64,000 nucleotides of DNA from Octopus vulgaris (lineage: Eukaryota). Shown here one piece after another: positions 13,005-25,528 of the stretch. The stretch lies in the NCBI GenBank assembly GCA_951406725.2, contig OX597825.1, positions 33,170,001-33,234,000 of the forward strand, given 5' to 3'. Within the stretch, counting starts at the first letter, position 1; every line of letters starts with the position of its first letter. The position numbers and the translations under genes were made by a program. The notes under the pieces are model-generated. The model saw only the letters and a program-made list of their open reading frames with translations. It was not told the origin of the DNA and made no database searches.

Positions 13005-13503
13005 TACATACATACACACACACACACACATACATACATACACACACACACATACATACATACACACACACACACATACTTACACACACACACACACATA
13101 GATACATACACACATACATGCAGACATACATATACACATACACCGAGTAAAAAATTACACTGAATCGACCATACATACATACACACATACATACATACAC
13201 ATACACACATACATAGATACATACACACACACACATACATGCAGACATACATATACACATACACCGAGTAAAAAATCAGTTATCTCTCTCTTTCACACAT
13301 TACTCTCTCTGTCTCTTCGCACACACTAACAGAAGCACTTCACTTACACAACATACTGTCTGTCTCCCACACCCCATCAAACACACACAGGCCGATTTCA
13401 AAGTGAAACCTTCTCGCCATAAAATCGCTTCCTCTTAGTCTCTTTCGCTCTCATTACTTATGTAAAAAAATAAAAGTTTTTTACGGAAATCGACGGAAAT
13501 CTG
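9843..13503. repeat. 3.66-kb fold-back (long inverted repeat) in PINK1 intron 1
   Basis: 9843-11279 is the reverse complement of 11589-13503, with a 309-bp spacer. The ORF track shows identical mirror ORFs (10514-10864 + and 12006-12356 -). Confidence 0.95.
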
Positions 13504-13685
13504 CGCTACGACATGCGAAACTTCGCCTAAATATGTTTACATTTACTGCCTCGTAGCCTATAATAACAAGTGTCGCTAACACTTTCGGTATAAATCAGTA
13601 TTAAGATTATCGACCTCTTTCTCCTGTTGAACGGTGAAGAGGACCAAAATAGATAAATATAAATAAAAACAAAACTTTAACTTAC

Positions 13686-14069
13686 CTTTAACTCCGAGAT
13701 AATTTCGCCCAGTTGCTGGGGACTGTTGTTATAAGGATGCCTGTTAAGAAAAGAGAAGCCTACAAGAGCCAATGTAGGAAGGTAACCAGGGCGAGAAAAG
13801 CGAGGTGCATTTGAAAATCTTGAGGCCAAATTCGGGCCTAAAAATCTCAGAGCTGCCCTACGCCTCAGATCAGCCACAAAGTTTTTGGTACAGTAACGAC
13901 GTGTCCATCGAGTCAAAGCAGTTCTGCTTTGAGAGGCGATGGAAACCACAAGAGGTCTGTGGTGTACAAATCGAGTGAAGTTACCAAACCTCCACACTGA
14001 ACTGCATTTCTGGGAAAATAAATTATTTCTCAGATTTAAGAGATTTCTGAAGAGGCCCCGAAAAGCCAT
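13686..14069 (-). CDS. PINK1: PINK1 coding exon 1 (mitochondrial targeting sequence and TM region)
   Basis: Arg/Ser/Leu-rich, acid-poor N-terminus, then FVADLRRRAA...PTLALVGFS resembling invertebrate PINK1. Ends AAG|GTAAG, 384 nt, phase 0. Confidence 0.88.
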
Positions 14070-14376
14070 TTTTCCACCCTAATCTCTTCCACAGAATACA
14101 CAAAGAGAGTCTGGGTCTCCCAATGAAGTGGAGGTACTCTGAAAATACAGACCACCGCTTATCAAGTAAGGTGCATAACTAACTTTAGGTGACCTCTCCT
14201 TGTCTACTAAACAAGGTCAGTATTTTACGCAATATGTTTCAATTTTGATAAAAACGAGTAATGAAGTGCTTAGTATATTTATTTTAAAAGTTACTAATTG
14301 ATTATGAATCTTATAATATTATAGCGCTTCAAATAAAATTAAAATTTAATGTGTAGGGTGTTGAAAGTGCGAGGCT

Positions 14377-14385
14377 ACCGGAAGT
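14377..14385. promoter_or_regulatory. ETS-family motif ACCGGAAGT in the probable PINK1 promoter
   Basis: Exact ETS consensus about 310 bp upstream of the PINK1 ATG. A candidate 5'UTR acceptor CTGTATTTTCAG (minus strand) ends at 14139. Confidence 0.4.
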
Positions 14386-15751
14386 AGTGATTTTCGTCTG
14401 ATTTCGTATCGACGATGAATGTTTTAGCGATAACCAAAACAAAATATTTTTTTTATGAATATTTGCAATTTTCGGATAGTAGAACCCCTAACTAAATTTG
14501 TTATAGCAACATGCAAATAAGACAAATACTTAATAGCGAAATTAAAACTTATTCACAGTGTAACAGTATTATTTATTTGAGTAAATAGTAAAATGAGAAG
14601 AATTCTAAGAAATGGGAAATGTGTAAAAACATCGCTGGAATGCTGAAACGAAATATTGTTTCCAACACAGAATGCGGCGGTTGAAAACAAGAGTTTTTAT
14701 TTCTGCTGACCCTTATACATTATCACATCTTATAATTAATGACTTCTTAAAAAATTTAATACTTCTGGGTTACTTAAATGCTTTTGGCAAACTTACACAA
14801 GTGTGTGTGTGCGTGCTTGTTCTTGTCTGTGTTTGTCTGTGTCTGTGCGTGTGACACACGCAGACACATAAACGCACACACAATAAAAAAACAAATTTTA
14901 ATTTCAAATTTTTTATGAAAAATTCAAAATTGATCACCCCACTCACCACCCCAACCCGCTGTCTAAAAGTGAAAATGAAGGGCTGTTTTGTCTGTTTCCG
15001 CATGCATAGATTTATAGTGAAACAGCAAAAGGGTCACGGCACGTGAAACTCTCACACAGAACTCGATATGCAAAAAATCACAGCTAAATATCTGGAGAAT
15101 GTTTATGCTTGTGTGTGCGCGCGTGCAACAATTTCTACAGCTTATCCGAATGAACAGAGAAAGAAGTACACAAAACACATTTTACATACCTGTTGTATAC
15201 GTCGGTTTTGCTTTTTCACTTTAAAGGCAAATGATTCTGATAGAAGTAATTACCTTGCTGTCAATTAATCCCAACAAAATACTACAAGTTTAGTCACTGG
15301 CTCAGCAGCTATATTTGTGTTCTTCATTTCAAAATAATAAAAAATTTAACATAATAGGCACAAGAGTGGCTGTGTGGTAAGAAGCTTGCTTCTTAACCTC
15401 ATGGTTCCATTTTCAATCCTACTGTGTGGCACCTTAGGCAAGTGTCTTCCACTATAGCCTCAGGCCAACCAAAGCCTTGTGAGTCGATTTGGTAGATGGA
15501 AACTGAAAGAAGCCCATCATATATATATATAAGGCGTGGCCATGGCTGTGTGGTTAGGGAAGCTTGTTTCCTAGCTCCATGGTTTCGGGTTCAGTCCCAC
15601 TGCGTGGCACTTTGGGCAGGTGTCTTCTACTATAGCCCCGAGCCAACCGAAGCTTTGTGATTGAATTCAGTAGGCGGAAGTTACTGCCGTGTGTGTATAT
15701 GTGCGTGTAGGTGCTCAGTGCCTCTCCGAAAGAGTGAGAGGAGAGAGGGCA

Positions 15752-16790
15752 TCTATCTACAATATATGTGGAAAATTGGAGTGTGTTTGTTTGTGGCATT
15801 GTTAGCTAACTCCTCCTACATCGTTTTATTGATTTTGATGAAACTTGACAAGTGTGTAGAACTCATGTCTGGAAATCCTGTGACATACTTAGATTGTTGA
15901 AAAAATCGATAATATGGCCCATGGAGGGGATCTTTATATCTATCTCATATAACTAATTTTTTAAACACTCAAGGGAAATAACCCATAGCACCTGCATTTA
16001 CAGTTGTTAGTTTTTAGCAAAGCGATCAATATTTGATTCTCACAATCAGTAGACCTAATTCTGCATTTCACTACTCACAGTTTTCAACTGCTAAACCTTA
16101 TTATTGCACTTTATTGATGCATGTACACTTTCAATGCCTATAACTCCGATAATTCTGCATTTTTCCAGTTAAAATTTATCGATGATAGTACGTAAATTTT
16201 TGATTCCAGAATGTATTTAATAAGTGTGTCCCAACACAATGAACTCATACATTGAATGCTTAACATTCTTCAAAAAATGAAACCAAACTTCCACACCACA
16301 TTCAGTTGGGAAACTCTGTATCACTTATATTAATTTTACAAATCATATTTATTGCTTATTTACAGTTCATACATTTTCATGAAACTAATTGAGCCATTGA
16401 ATTTAGAAATATTTTACAGGTTTCATTGTTTATGTTCGATTACTTTGAATACTGATTTCTTATGTGTCCAATTTCTAATTTTTGCTGACAATATTACTTT
16501 TGTACATTATTTGACCCGTGAGTAGAGCTCATATCTGGAAACCTCGTGAAATACTTAGATTGTTGAAAAAAATCGATAATAGGACCCTTCCAATGGATCC
16601 TTCTATCTATTACATATTACTAATATTTTATTTAAACAACCCAAAGGAAATAACCCACACCACCTGCAGTTTTTAGCAAAGCAATCAATATTTGATTCTC
16701 ACGATCAGCCAACCTAATTCTGGATCTCACAACTCAGTTTTGAACTGCTAAACATTATTATTGCACTTCCTTGATTTGAATTTTAAACCT
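15752..16790 (+). mobile_element. Non-autonomous Helitron-like element with internal direct repeat
   Basis: TCTATCTACAATATATG...GTTTGTTTGT...GATTTTGATGAAACTT 5' signature. About 15855-16120 is repeated at about 16520-16775. Shares the AAGGGAAATAACCC motif with the 24064 element. Confidence 0.55.
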
Positions 16791-18692
16791 TAAAGACTTC
16801 AGTCATACATTTCTATACATACATACCATAAATCCTCGAGTATAATCCGCACTTTTTCCCCAAAATTTAAAGGTCAAAATCCCTAATGCATACTATATAT
16901 GAAGTTAAAAATGAAAGTTATTTTCTAAGCAATGTCCGAGTCTCTATTTGCTGTCTGGCTATGTTTATTCAAATGCATTTTGTGATGTCGAGCGCAAAAA
17001 TACCTTAAGCTAAGCCTGAAAGCAATGAAGTCATAAAAGAATCATCTATAACTTGCAATAAGCAACATTTATTAAACGTTATTACTGTTATTTCTTTATT
17101 TTCAGCAAACAAAATGCACAAAAAACTACATGTTTGCATGGAGTGGTTGGCGTTAGGAAGGGCATCAAGCTGTAGAAACATTGCCAGATCAAACTGGGCC
17201 TGGTGCAGCCTTCTGGCTTCCCAGACCCCAGTTGAACCGTCCAACCCATGCTAGCATGGAAAGCGGACGCTAAACGATGATGATGATGATACAATAATAA
17301 TAAAGGACGTTATCATATTCAGTTTTACAAACCAAGGTCGTTATATAAACCTCCTTGACTCAAGTTGGAGAAGGGGTGCGTATTATACACAAGGTTTAGG
17401 TTTTTCAGAGGTGCTTTCATGCAGGCATAGCGTGGATTCGATCCTCAATTACCAAATTTCACTTAGCACTTCAACAGCGCTTTTCCCACATTAAAACAAT
17501 AGTTTTTCTGTGAATGACAGCAGTTATACATTTCCCAGATGCCTTCGCTAAGCAGAATAATGTCTTTGTCACTTGACCTTTCTAACATTTTCTAGGCCAC
17601 CAGGGGCTGGAATGGAGATGACAGACCTCCAACGAAATCATTTGTTCTCAACAATATGTCTGTCCTTCTGGATGCTTTCCAATAGTTATAAAAACAAGAA
17701 CTCCATAAACTAAAGGCAGTTACTGAGAGTGACCATCAGTGAGTGTGAACGTTATTATTGCACTCTCTTTATTTCATTCTTAAACATTAAACACTTCATT
17801 CACATATTTAATACATATATACTACATTTATATATTACCTTTAATAAATTAGCCTTCATGAAGTTCACCTTAAAAATGCTACAGCGAGTCAGAATACAAC
17901 TGGGTGCTTCTACTTCACAAGCTGCTCTAATTCGACAATGGCAATCTCAAGTAAGTCTCTGATTCATTGTTTCATATTTACCCTGCAAGACTGATATTTT
18001 GGAACAAAGATGCCTCTCCCTCAGACAACCTCCAACAATTTCTCTTGCTAACCTCTCTCACCAACCTCCGAAAATCTCTCTCGAATACTGGTAGAATTTC
18101 TCATGTAGAACATGGTTTACTCTGAATGTTTTTGAACAAATTTCGTATTTGAGAAGTTATTTCATGTTAAGGTTGTCGTATTTGGGTAATTTTAACCAGT
18201 CAACAATGTGTTTAATGCTAGGTCAGACTTGTTCCAATTATAACCATCCCGCTTTTTAAAAATTCATAGTCATATTATTAGTAGACAAACCCCAGGTAAA
18301 TCCCGATCCTGCTCACAGGTGTTCAAAGGTGTTCCAGCAGCTGCTATCCGGTCATTTAGATATTGTAGTTATTTAGAACCAGGATAGGCTTCATCCAATA
18401 GAATTATCAATATAGGCATCTCAGCTAGGCTCATCTTGTCATTTGTGTTAGTAATTAACCCACTGATTAAAAACGCTCCAAAATGTGACCATTCTATCAT
18501 TTATGCATAGTAACTTTACAATTACACTAGGTGTAGGAGTGGCTGTGTGGTAAGTAGCTTGCTTATGAACCGCATAGTTCTGGGTTCAGTCCCACTGCAC
18601 GGCACCTTGAGCAAGTGTCTTCTACTATAGACTCAGGCCGACCAAAGCCTTGTGAGTGGATTTGGTGGACGGAAACTGAAAGAAGCCCGTCG

Positions 18693-18724
<32 letters not shown>

Positions 18725-18725
18725 T

Positions 18726-18930
18726 TCAAAATGTGACCGCGTGTACCGTTGGTGTTTTTTTCCCTCTGTCTTCCCTTCTCTGGATCTTTCCTTCTATGTT
18801 TCCGACGAAGAGCTCCGCTCGAAACGTTAAACCCTCCTTCTTTCCTGAGCGTCCAATAATACTATATTTGTTCCACGTCCTCGCGTTGTTGTGTTTTTTT
18901 TTGTACTTTCTTGTTTGGATTAACTTTATA
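18726..18930 (+). repeat. About 200-bp repeat family F with hammerhead-like core (copies 47687-47900, 48905-49100)
   Basis: Three similar copies, each embedded in (TA)n, containing CCGACGAAGAGCTCCGCTCGAAACGTT. Confidence 0.8.
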
Positions 18931-21900
18931 TATATATATATATATCCCTCTCTCTCTTTCGGAGAGGCACAAGCACCTACACGCACATATACACACACGG
19001 CAGTAACTTCCACCTACCGAATTCAATCACAAAGCTCCGGTCAGCTCGGGGCTATAGTGATATATATATATATCAGGTTATTATATGTCAGCAACATTTG
19101 TTTACAACTATCATGCAATATCAGAACAGGGAAACACTAACACACAAATATATCCAAATACACATATACAATGGGCTTCTTTTAGTTTCCATCTAACAAA
19201 TCCACTCACAAGGCTCAGGGCTACAGTAGAAGGCACTGTATAGTGGCAACCCAAAACCATCATCACTTGACGTCTGCTTTCCATGCTGGCATGAGTTAGT
19301 TTCACTGGAGCTGCCAAATCAGAGAGCTGCACCAGGATCCAGTCTGACACTGGCTTGGTGTCTATGGCTGAATACCCTTAATGTCAACCACTCAGAGTAT
19401 ATGTTTCTTTATTACCCACAAAGGGCTAAACATAGAGGGGACAAACAAGGACAGACAAATGAATTAAATCGATTACATCGACCCCAGTGTGTAACTGGTA
19501 CCTAATTTATCGACCTCGAAAGGATAAGTCGACCTCGGCGGAATTTGAACTCAGAACGTAACAGCAGATGAAATACGGCTACGCATTTTGCCCGGCGTGC
19601 TAACAGTTCTGCCAGCTTGCCGCCACTCAGAGTATAGTGGGTGCCTTTCACGTGTCACTGGCACTGTTGCCTTTATGTGCCACTGGAACCTTTATGTGTC
19701 ACCAGCACCAGCCACGTGCTTGAAAGCAAAATTCTTTACCATTTCTTTATCAAACCTGTACTGATTTCCTAAATATATTTGTGAGACAAATAATTACTGA
19801 CGACTCAACTACAGAGCCACAATAAAAGTTCCTCAGGAGACAAAACAAAATTATTGAACAAAAAGGTAATAATATTTAGAAAAAGTGCAACAAAAATATT
19901 AAGTTTAGCTGTTAAAATTATCATTATGTTTCGTTTATTTTTAAGTTGGCTACATAGTTAAAAAGGAGAAACTGAAAATTACAGAAATCATATTTTACAA
20001 AGAATTTTTTAAAACTAGTTTCGAAATATATATACAAATTTTATGATAAAATAAAAGAATTACAAGGCAAAGTTTCAGATCGAATACCCACATAAATCTG
20101 TTCTGATGAAGATTTATCTAATTTATGATTTTTTTTATCACCACACCCCCACCATCTCCAGACCAATTTTTTATTTTGTACTATGCACTTAAAAACCATG
20201 GGAGAAGCCTTTTCAGTTAATAAAAAAAAAAAAGATTTGTAAATATTTTCATACAAAAAGGTGTGTGATTTAAGGGAGGTTTCACTGTTGTTTCTAGCAC
20301 ATCACATGATCACCTTTATTGCTGCCACTCTCACATGCATTGATGTTTCTCAATATTTTTCTCCCCACAAACACATTTTATAGAATGATGATGCAGAAGT
20401 AAGACATGCATGGCCCACTGCAGGGATATAAGCAGGAAAAAGAAATGTTTAACCCCTGCCTCCCCAAACCAAGTGAGGCTGTGTGTGTATAAGAAAAAAA
20501 CATTTACTAACAGAAAAGTATGCTATTAAAATAAATTATCTTTTGCATACTTTTTAAAAATCACTGGATATTTAAAAATGACCTTCTCAGACACTCCAAT
20601 AGTTTTAAATTATAAATAGGGTAGGAGTGGGAGGAGTTAAGAAAAAAATCAAATTAAAAATTGTTTTAAAAGCACAAATGTATTCACAGGCAGAAAAATA
20701 TAGAAAAATAGAAAAACATTAATACATGTGAGTGACAAAGAAATAAGGAAGGTGGTCATAGGATGTGCTAGAAACAATAGCAAAATCTCCCTTAAGTCAC
20801 ATCTTTTCATCTGAAAATATTTACAATTTTTTTTTTTTTTTGTTTTTACAGAAAAGCTTCACCTATGGTTTTTAAGTGTGTAGTGGCCAAAATTAGCCTG
20901 ATGGGTGGCTGAAAAAACAAAAAAAAAAAAAATCAAATTTTCAAAAAATTCTTTCCCATAAAAAAACACTCTCATCATTTTGAAGGCCATGATGGAAAAA
21001 AAATTGGAAAAATCCCTGTCAAAACGAAGAAAATCCAACTTAAGTGGCCATCCTAATCTGAAACTCAGCCAATTATAATTTATATTTACAAATGATTTAC
21101 AATCAACTCGAGTATCGAAATATATACAAATTTGGTGATAAAATAGGATGAAAATATTACAGAAACTATATATATTTACAATGAATTTTTAAAAAGTAGA
21201 GTTTCGAAATATATACAAATTAGGTGAAAAGGAGAATTTAAAATTTATAGAAACATTCACTTTGTTTAGAACAGATTTCAAATGTAACAATTATATTTTA
21301 ATCATTATCAGGCAAGAACACACATGCCCCCATACATCTGTGAGTACATATAAAACATACAGGTTATTTTTCTCTGAATTTATACTTGAATATTTAATGC
21401 TTTCACCAAATGTTTAATGAAATAATTATCATAGAGCTAACATCTTATTACAAATAATTTGAGCATTTTAATTTTCAATGAAAAAGGGGAGAAAAAAATT
21501 TAATACAAAACAATGAGGAAAAGCTGATATTTTCACTCAAATGTTTAACAAAATGATTATCACAGAACAATTATCCTACCATAAATAATTAGAGTATTTC
21601 AAATTGAAGTTTGATACAAAGGTTAAAAAGGCCTCTAAAAAACGAAGTAAAAACAAATTAGATTTGAAAAAAATATTTTAGTAGATTGCAAAATATACAA
21701 GCATTTGACAACTTTTTGAAAAGATTCTATTCAGTTTGGAAAACAAACTGCATTCTGTAAAACATTAGAGCAATATTCATTAAATTTCTTTTAAACGTTT
21801 TAAAATACTAATAAAAAAAATTTCATTAAAATTGTTGCAAGCTATTTTGCAAGGAGTATATCTACAACAAAAACTATAATTGTAACAAACTGTATTCTGC

Positions 21901-22131
21901 AATCAAAGATGTTTGAGAAACATTGCTTGAAATATAAAGATCAAATGCCTTTTTATATTATGATTTTAAGTAATGTTAAAAAATTTTTTTTTACAACGGA
22001 TGTTTATATTTGAAGCAAGTGACGTTTCTAGGGATAAAGAATGCATGAAAAATTATAAATAGATACGTTTTTATTTGTGTAAATGTTGATGTCTTTCAGT
22101 TCTTAGTTAATCATCAAATGAATTACATTTT

Positions 22132-23633
22132 CTATTTCATAGAGAGGCACTCATCTAAATGTTGATTAATAATATTTTCAGGCACACGCTTTTCACAGAC
22201 AGGACAAGCTACATTTGCAATATCAGAATTGGAATCATCAGAATTGTCGATAATAATGGGATTGGAATTATTACTGCCTCTTGCTGCCAAATGGTCTGAT
22301 GTACTACAGTCAAAATAGTTTTTAATAGAAGAGTTATTTACAGAATTCAAACTTTTTGAAGTAGAATGTGAGTTCATTTTATTTTCAGTGGATGTTAGAT
22401 CAGAATTTGGTAAAGTGTTTCGAACTTTAGGACTTTTTCCAACTGTTGTTGATGGTTTACTACTTTTGTGTCTACTATGAAAAGATGTATCTGAAGAAAA
22501 ACTGTGTTCTTTATTAACAGAGGAACTAATGGTTTTATGTACAGATGTCTTAGTTTTCTTTTCGGTAGGTGATGAATTGTTTAGATGCTTATCAAAGAGC
22601 AAAGGTGTTTGAGAAGAGGATGATAATTCATTACCATCTTTTAAAGAGTTTTTGGGATGTTTTGGGGTATTTTGCTTTATTTCATGATCAATGATTACCT
22701 CAGAGAGAAATGAGGATTCATTGATAGGAAGTTTTCTCTTTGTGTCTTTTGAAGATCTGAATGATTCATCTTCTCTTACTTTTAAGCGTTTCTTCTCCAC
22801 ATATTCAAGACCAGAATCTTTTTCAGATACTCTTTTATTTACCCCTGTAAACGAACTGTTTCCATCGCGTTTCTTCTCCACATATTCAAGACCAGAATCT
22901 TTTTCAGATACTCTTTTATTTACCCCTGTAAACGAACTGTTTCCATCGAGTTTCTTCTCCACATATTCAAGACCAGAATCTTTTTCAGATACTCTTTTAT
23001 TTACCCCTGTAAACGAACTGTTTCCATCGGTCTGAGACGTGAATTTACGTTGCAGTTTATCTTTATGAAGCTGTCCCAGTAAGTTATTCATGGCTGACTG
23101 ACTTGTACCTCTACCAACAGTTTTAGCATCTTTGGAGGAACTTGGCAAGGATTCTGAGGTATCATATGTAGAAGTAGAAGAGCTTGACATTACTTTTTTA
23201 AAAACTGAGGTGCTGTAGTTTGCTCGGCTTTCACTTACACTTGGACGTTTCTTCTCCATAGTATCTTTATTTGCTGCTGTAATTGAACTATATCCATTAG
23301 TCTGAGACATGTTCTTCCGTTGCAGTTTATCTTTATGAAGCTGTCCCAAGAAGTTATTCATGGATGATTGACTTGTACTTTTACCAACTGTTTTAACATT
23401 TTTAGAAAAACTTGATGAGGATTCTGGAGTATTACATGAAGAAATGGTAGAGCTTGCACTCTTGATAAGGACCGAATTGTTGTGCTTCTTTAATGGAGAA
23501 TGGACGCCTGATCCTTTGGATGAACTTTTCTCGGATTTGTTTGTAGTATTAGATGATATCACTGTTGGTTTTGGCTTGTTCAAATTATACTTCTTTTTAA
23601 TCATTGCCAAAATATTTCCATTCTTCATAGGAG
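22132..23633 (-). CDS. SPRTN: SPRTN exon 6 (disordered tail, PIP-like motifs, UBZ4 zinc finger)
   Basis: ATACAG|CT acceptor in phase 1, NSSIKNYF PIP-like motif, C-terminal VACPVCEKRVPENIINQHLDECL (Rad18-type UBZ). Summed CDS is 2145 nt = 714 aa plus stop. Confidence 0.92.
22787..23028 (-). repeat. Coding 81-bp tandem repeat, 3 copies, in SPRTN exon 6
   Basis: DGNSSFTGVNKRVSEKDSGLEYVEKK[L/R] three times, almost identical at DNA level. Confidence 0.95.
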
Positions 23634-24063
23634 CTGTATTGAAGAAAAAAAAAAAGAAGATTAATTATTATCATCATAAAGAAGCTTTCAACAATTTGAA
23701 AATTGAAGATATCTAAAAATGCAATTCTACCAATTGACAGTCACATTACACATCTAGCCAATATACTATTCACAAGATGTACAGCATTTGGCAATTGAAT
23801 GTACATTATCCAGCAGTTTATTGACCCCACTACTTATCTTTTACTCATTTCAGTCATTAGACTGCAGCCATGTTGTGTTTGTTCTCATAACTTAGCAGTT
23901 TGGCAAAAGGGACTGACAGAATAAATACCAAGCTTAAAAAAATAATAATGGAGTTGATTCATTCAACTAAAATTTCTACACCAGCACCGGTTGCCAAGTG
24001 GTAGTGGGGGACAATCATAGATACAAAGCCACACACACACATACATATATATATATATACAAA

Positions 24064-24845
24064 CATCTATACATATATAAACGTGAGTTGCCTGTTTGTC
24101 TCAAGTTGCAGTCTACACCCGTAAATGAATTTTCGTGAAACTTTGCAAACATGTTAAAGTAACATCCAGTTTGTTACTAGGCTCACTGAAGTTTAATAAA
24201 AATCTATAACTGGACGGCTAGGGCTCCTCACATATAACCCATATATATTTTCCTTTAACAACCAAGGGAAATAACCCTTTCATTTTCCTAACCAAGGGAA
24301 ATAACCCATTCATTTTCATTTGATCACACGAAGTGCATCAGGTTCCCCACGGAATTTATCCACGAGACACGTAAGGGACACGACGATTACCCACTCGACA
24401 GGTGCCGAAAACCAGAAGATGGTGGAAATACTACCAAGCTCAAAGTTAATGGTCAAGGGACGAAAATTGACAACAGGTGGATCGTACCCTACAAGCCACT
24501 GCTGTCTAAAACATTGCAGGCCCATGTTGAGTCATGCAACTCTATAAAAAGTATTAAATATGTATGTAAATACATCAATAAGAGCCCAGCTATGGTGGAT
24601 TTTGGACTTGAACAGGAGGGCAGGCAGATGAAATTCAGCAATGTAAGTTGGCAGGTATATTTCCTCTAATGATGCAATGTGGTGCATCCTGGGCTTCGAA
24701 ATCCACAAATGGCATCCAAAAGTGGTAACTATCTGTACATCTTGAAAATGGCCAGTGTGTATATTTCACAGAAGACAATGCTTGAAATGTAGTTCTGAAC
24801 CCACCAGAAACCACTTTAACAGCTTTCTTCAAATTATGCCAATGT
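24064..24845 (+). mobile_element. Helitron fragment (5' end plus degraded Rep domain) in SPRTN intron 5
   Basis: Frameshifted translation IDNRWIVPYKPLLSK...SIKSIKYVCKYINK...GRYISSNDAMW...VHLENGQCVYFTEDN...TTLTAFFKLC. 5' end TCTATACATATATAAA. Confidence 0.88.
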
Positions 24846-25281
24846 GATCTGTGGTGTTAAGTGGAATAGCTGCAACTCTAAGTGGTGGTCGCACAGCTCA
24901 TTCCTGTTTCAAACTCCCTTTGAACCTCATCATTATCATCATCATCGTTTAACGTCCGCTTTCCATGCTAGCATGGGTTGGACGGTTCAACTGGTGTCTG
25001 GGAAGCCAGAAGGCTGCGCCAGGCCCAGTCTGATCTGGCAGTGTTTCTACAGCTGGATGCACTTCCTAACACCAGAACCTGTCCAAGAAAATTTGCTCAA
25101 CACCAAGTTACTGACACTATCTTTTCACTCATCATCAAAAATGCAGTAAACTAATGTTTCATCCATTGGAAAACTGTAACCAGTATCACTAATTTTCATT
25201 AATTGCAACATAAAATGTACAAAGAAGCCACAAACATCTGTAAACATTTTGATTTTAAAGATATTTTAAGGAGCAACCTAC

Positions 25282-25528
25282 ATTTTTTGTCTGTTTTTGA
25301 AACTTTACTTTCTTTCTTTTTACCATAACCTTCTGGTTCTTTCACTTTAATGTACTGTCCTCCACAAGTCATACGGTGCCGTTCCCACCAAAAGTCATTC
25401 TTGGAAGGTGCTCGATTCGTGGCTCGTTTCACCCAACCATAAAATGGTTTCCAGTTTTGACAAGGTCCATTACAACGCCACCAATGTTGTTTATGAAGGT
25501 TGACTTCATCAATAAAGTTGTGGTAAAT
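25282..25528 (-). CDS. SPRTN: SPRTN exon 5 (Zn-binding subdomain and basic region)
   Basis: IYHNFIDEVNLHKQHWWRCNGPCQNWKPFYGWVKRATNRAPSKNDFWWERHRMTCGGQYIKVKEPE, 247 nt, phase 0 to 1. Confidence 0.93.
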
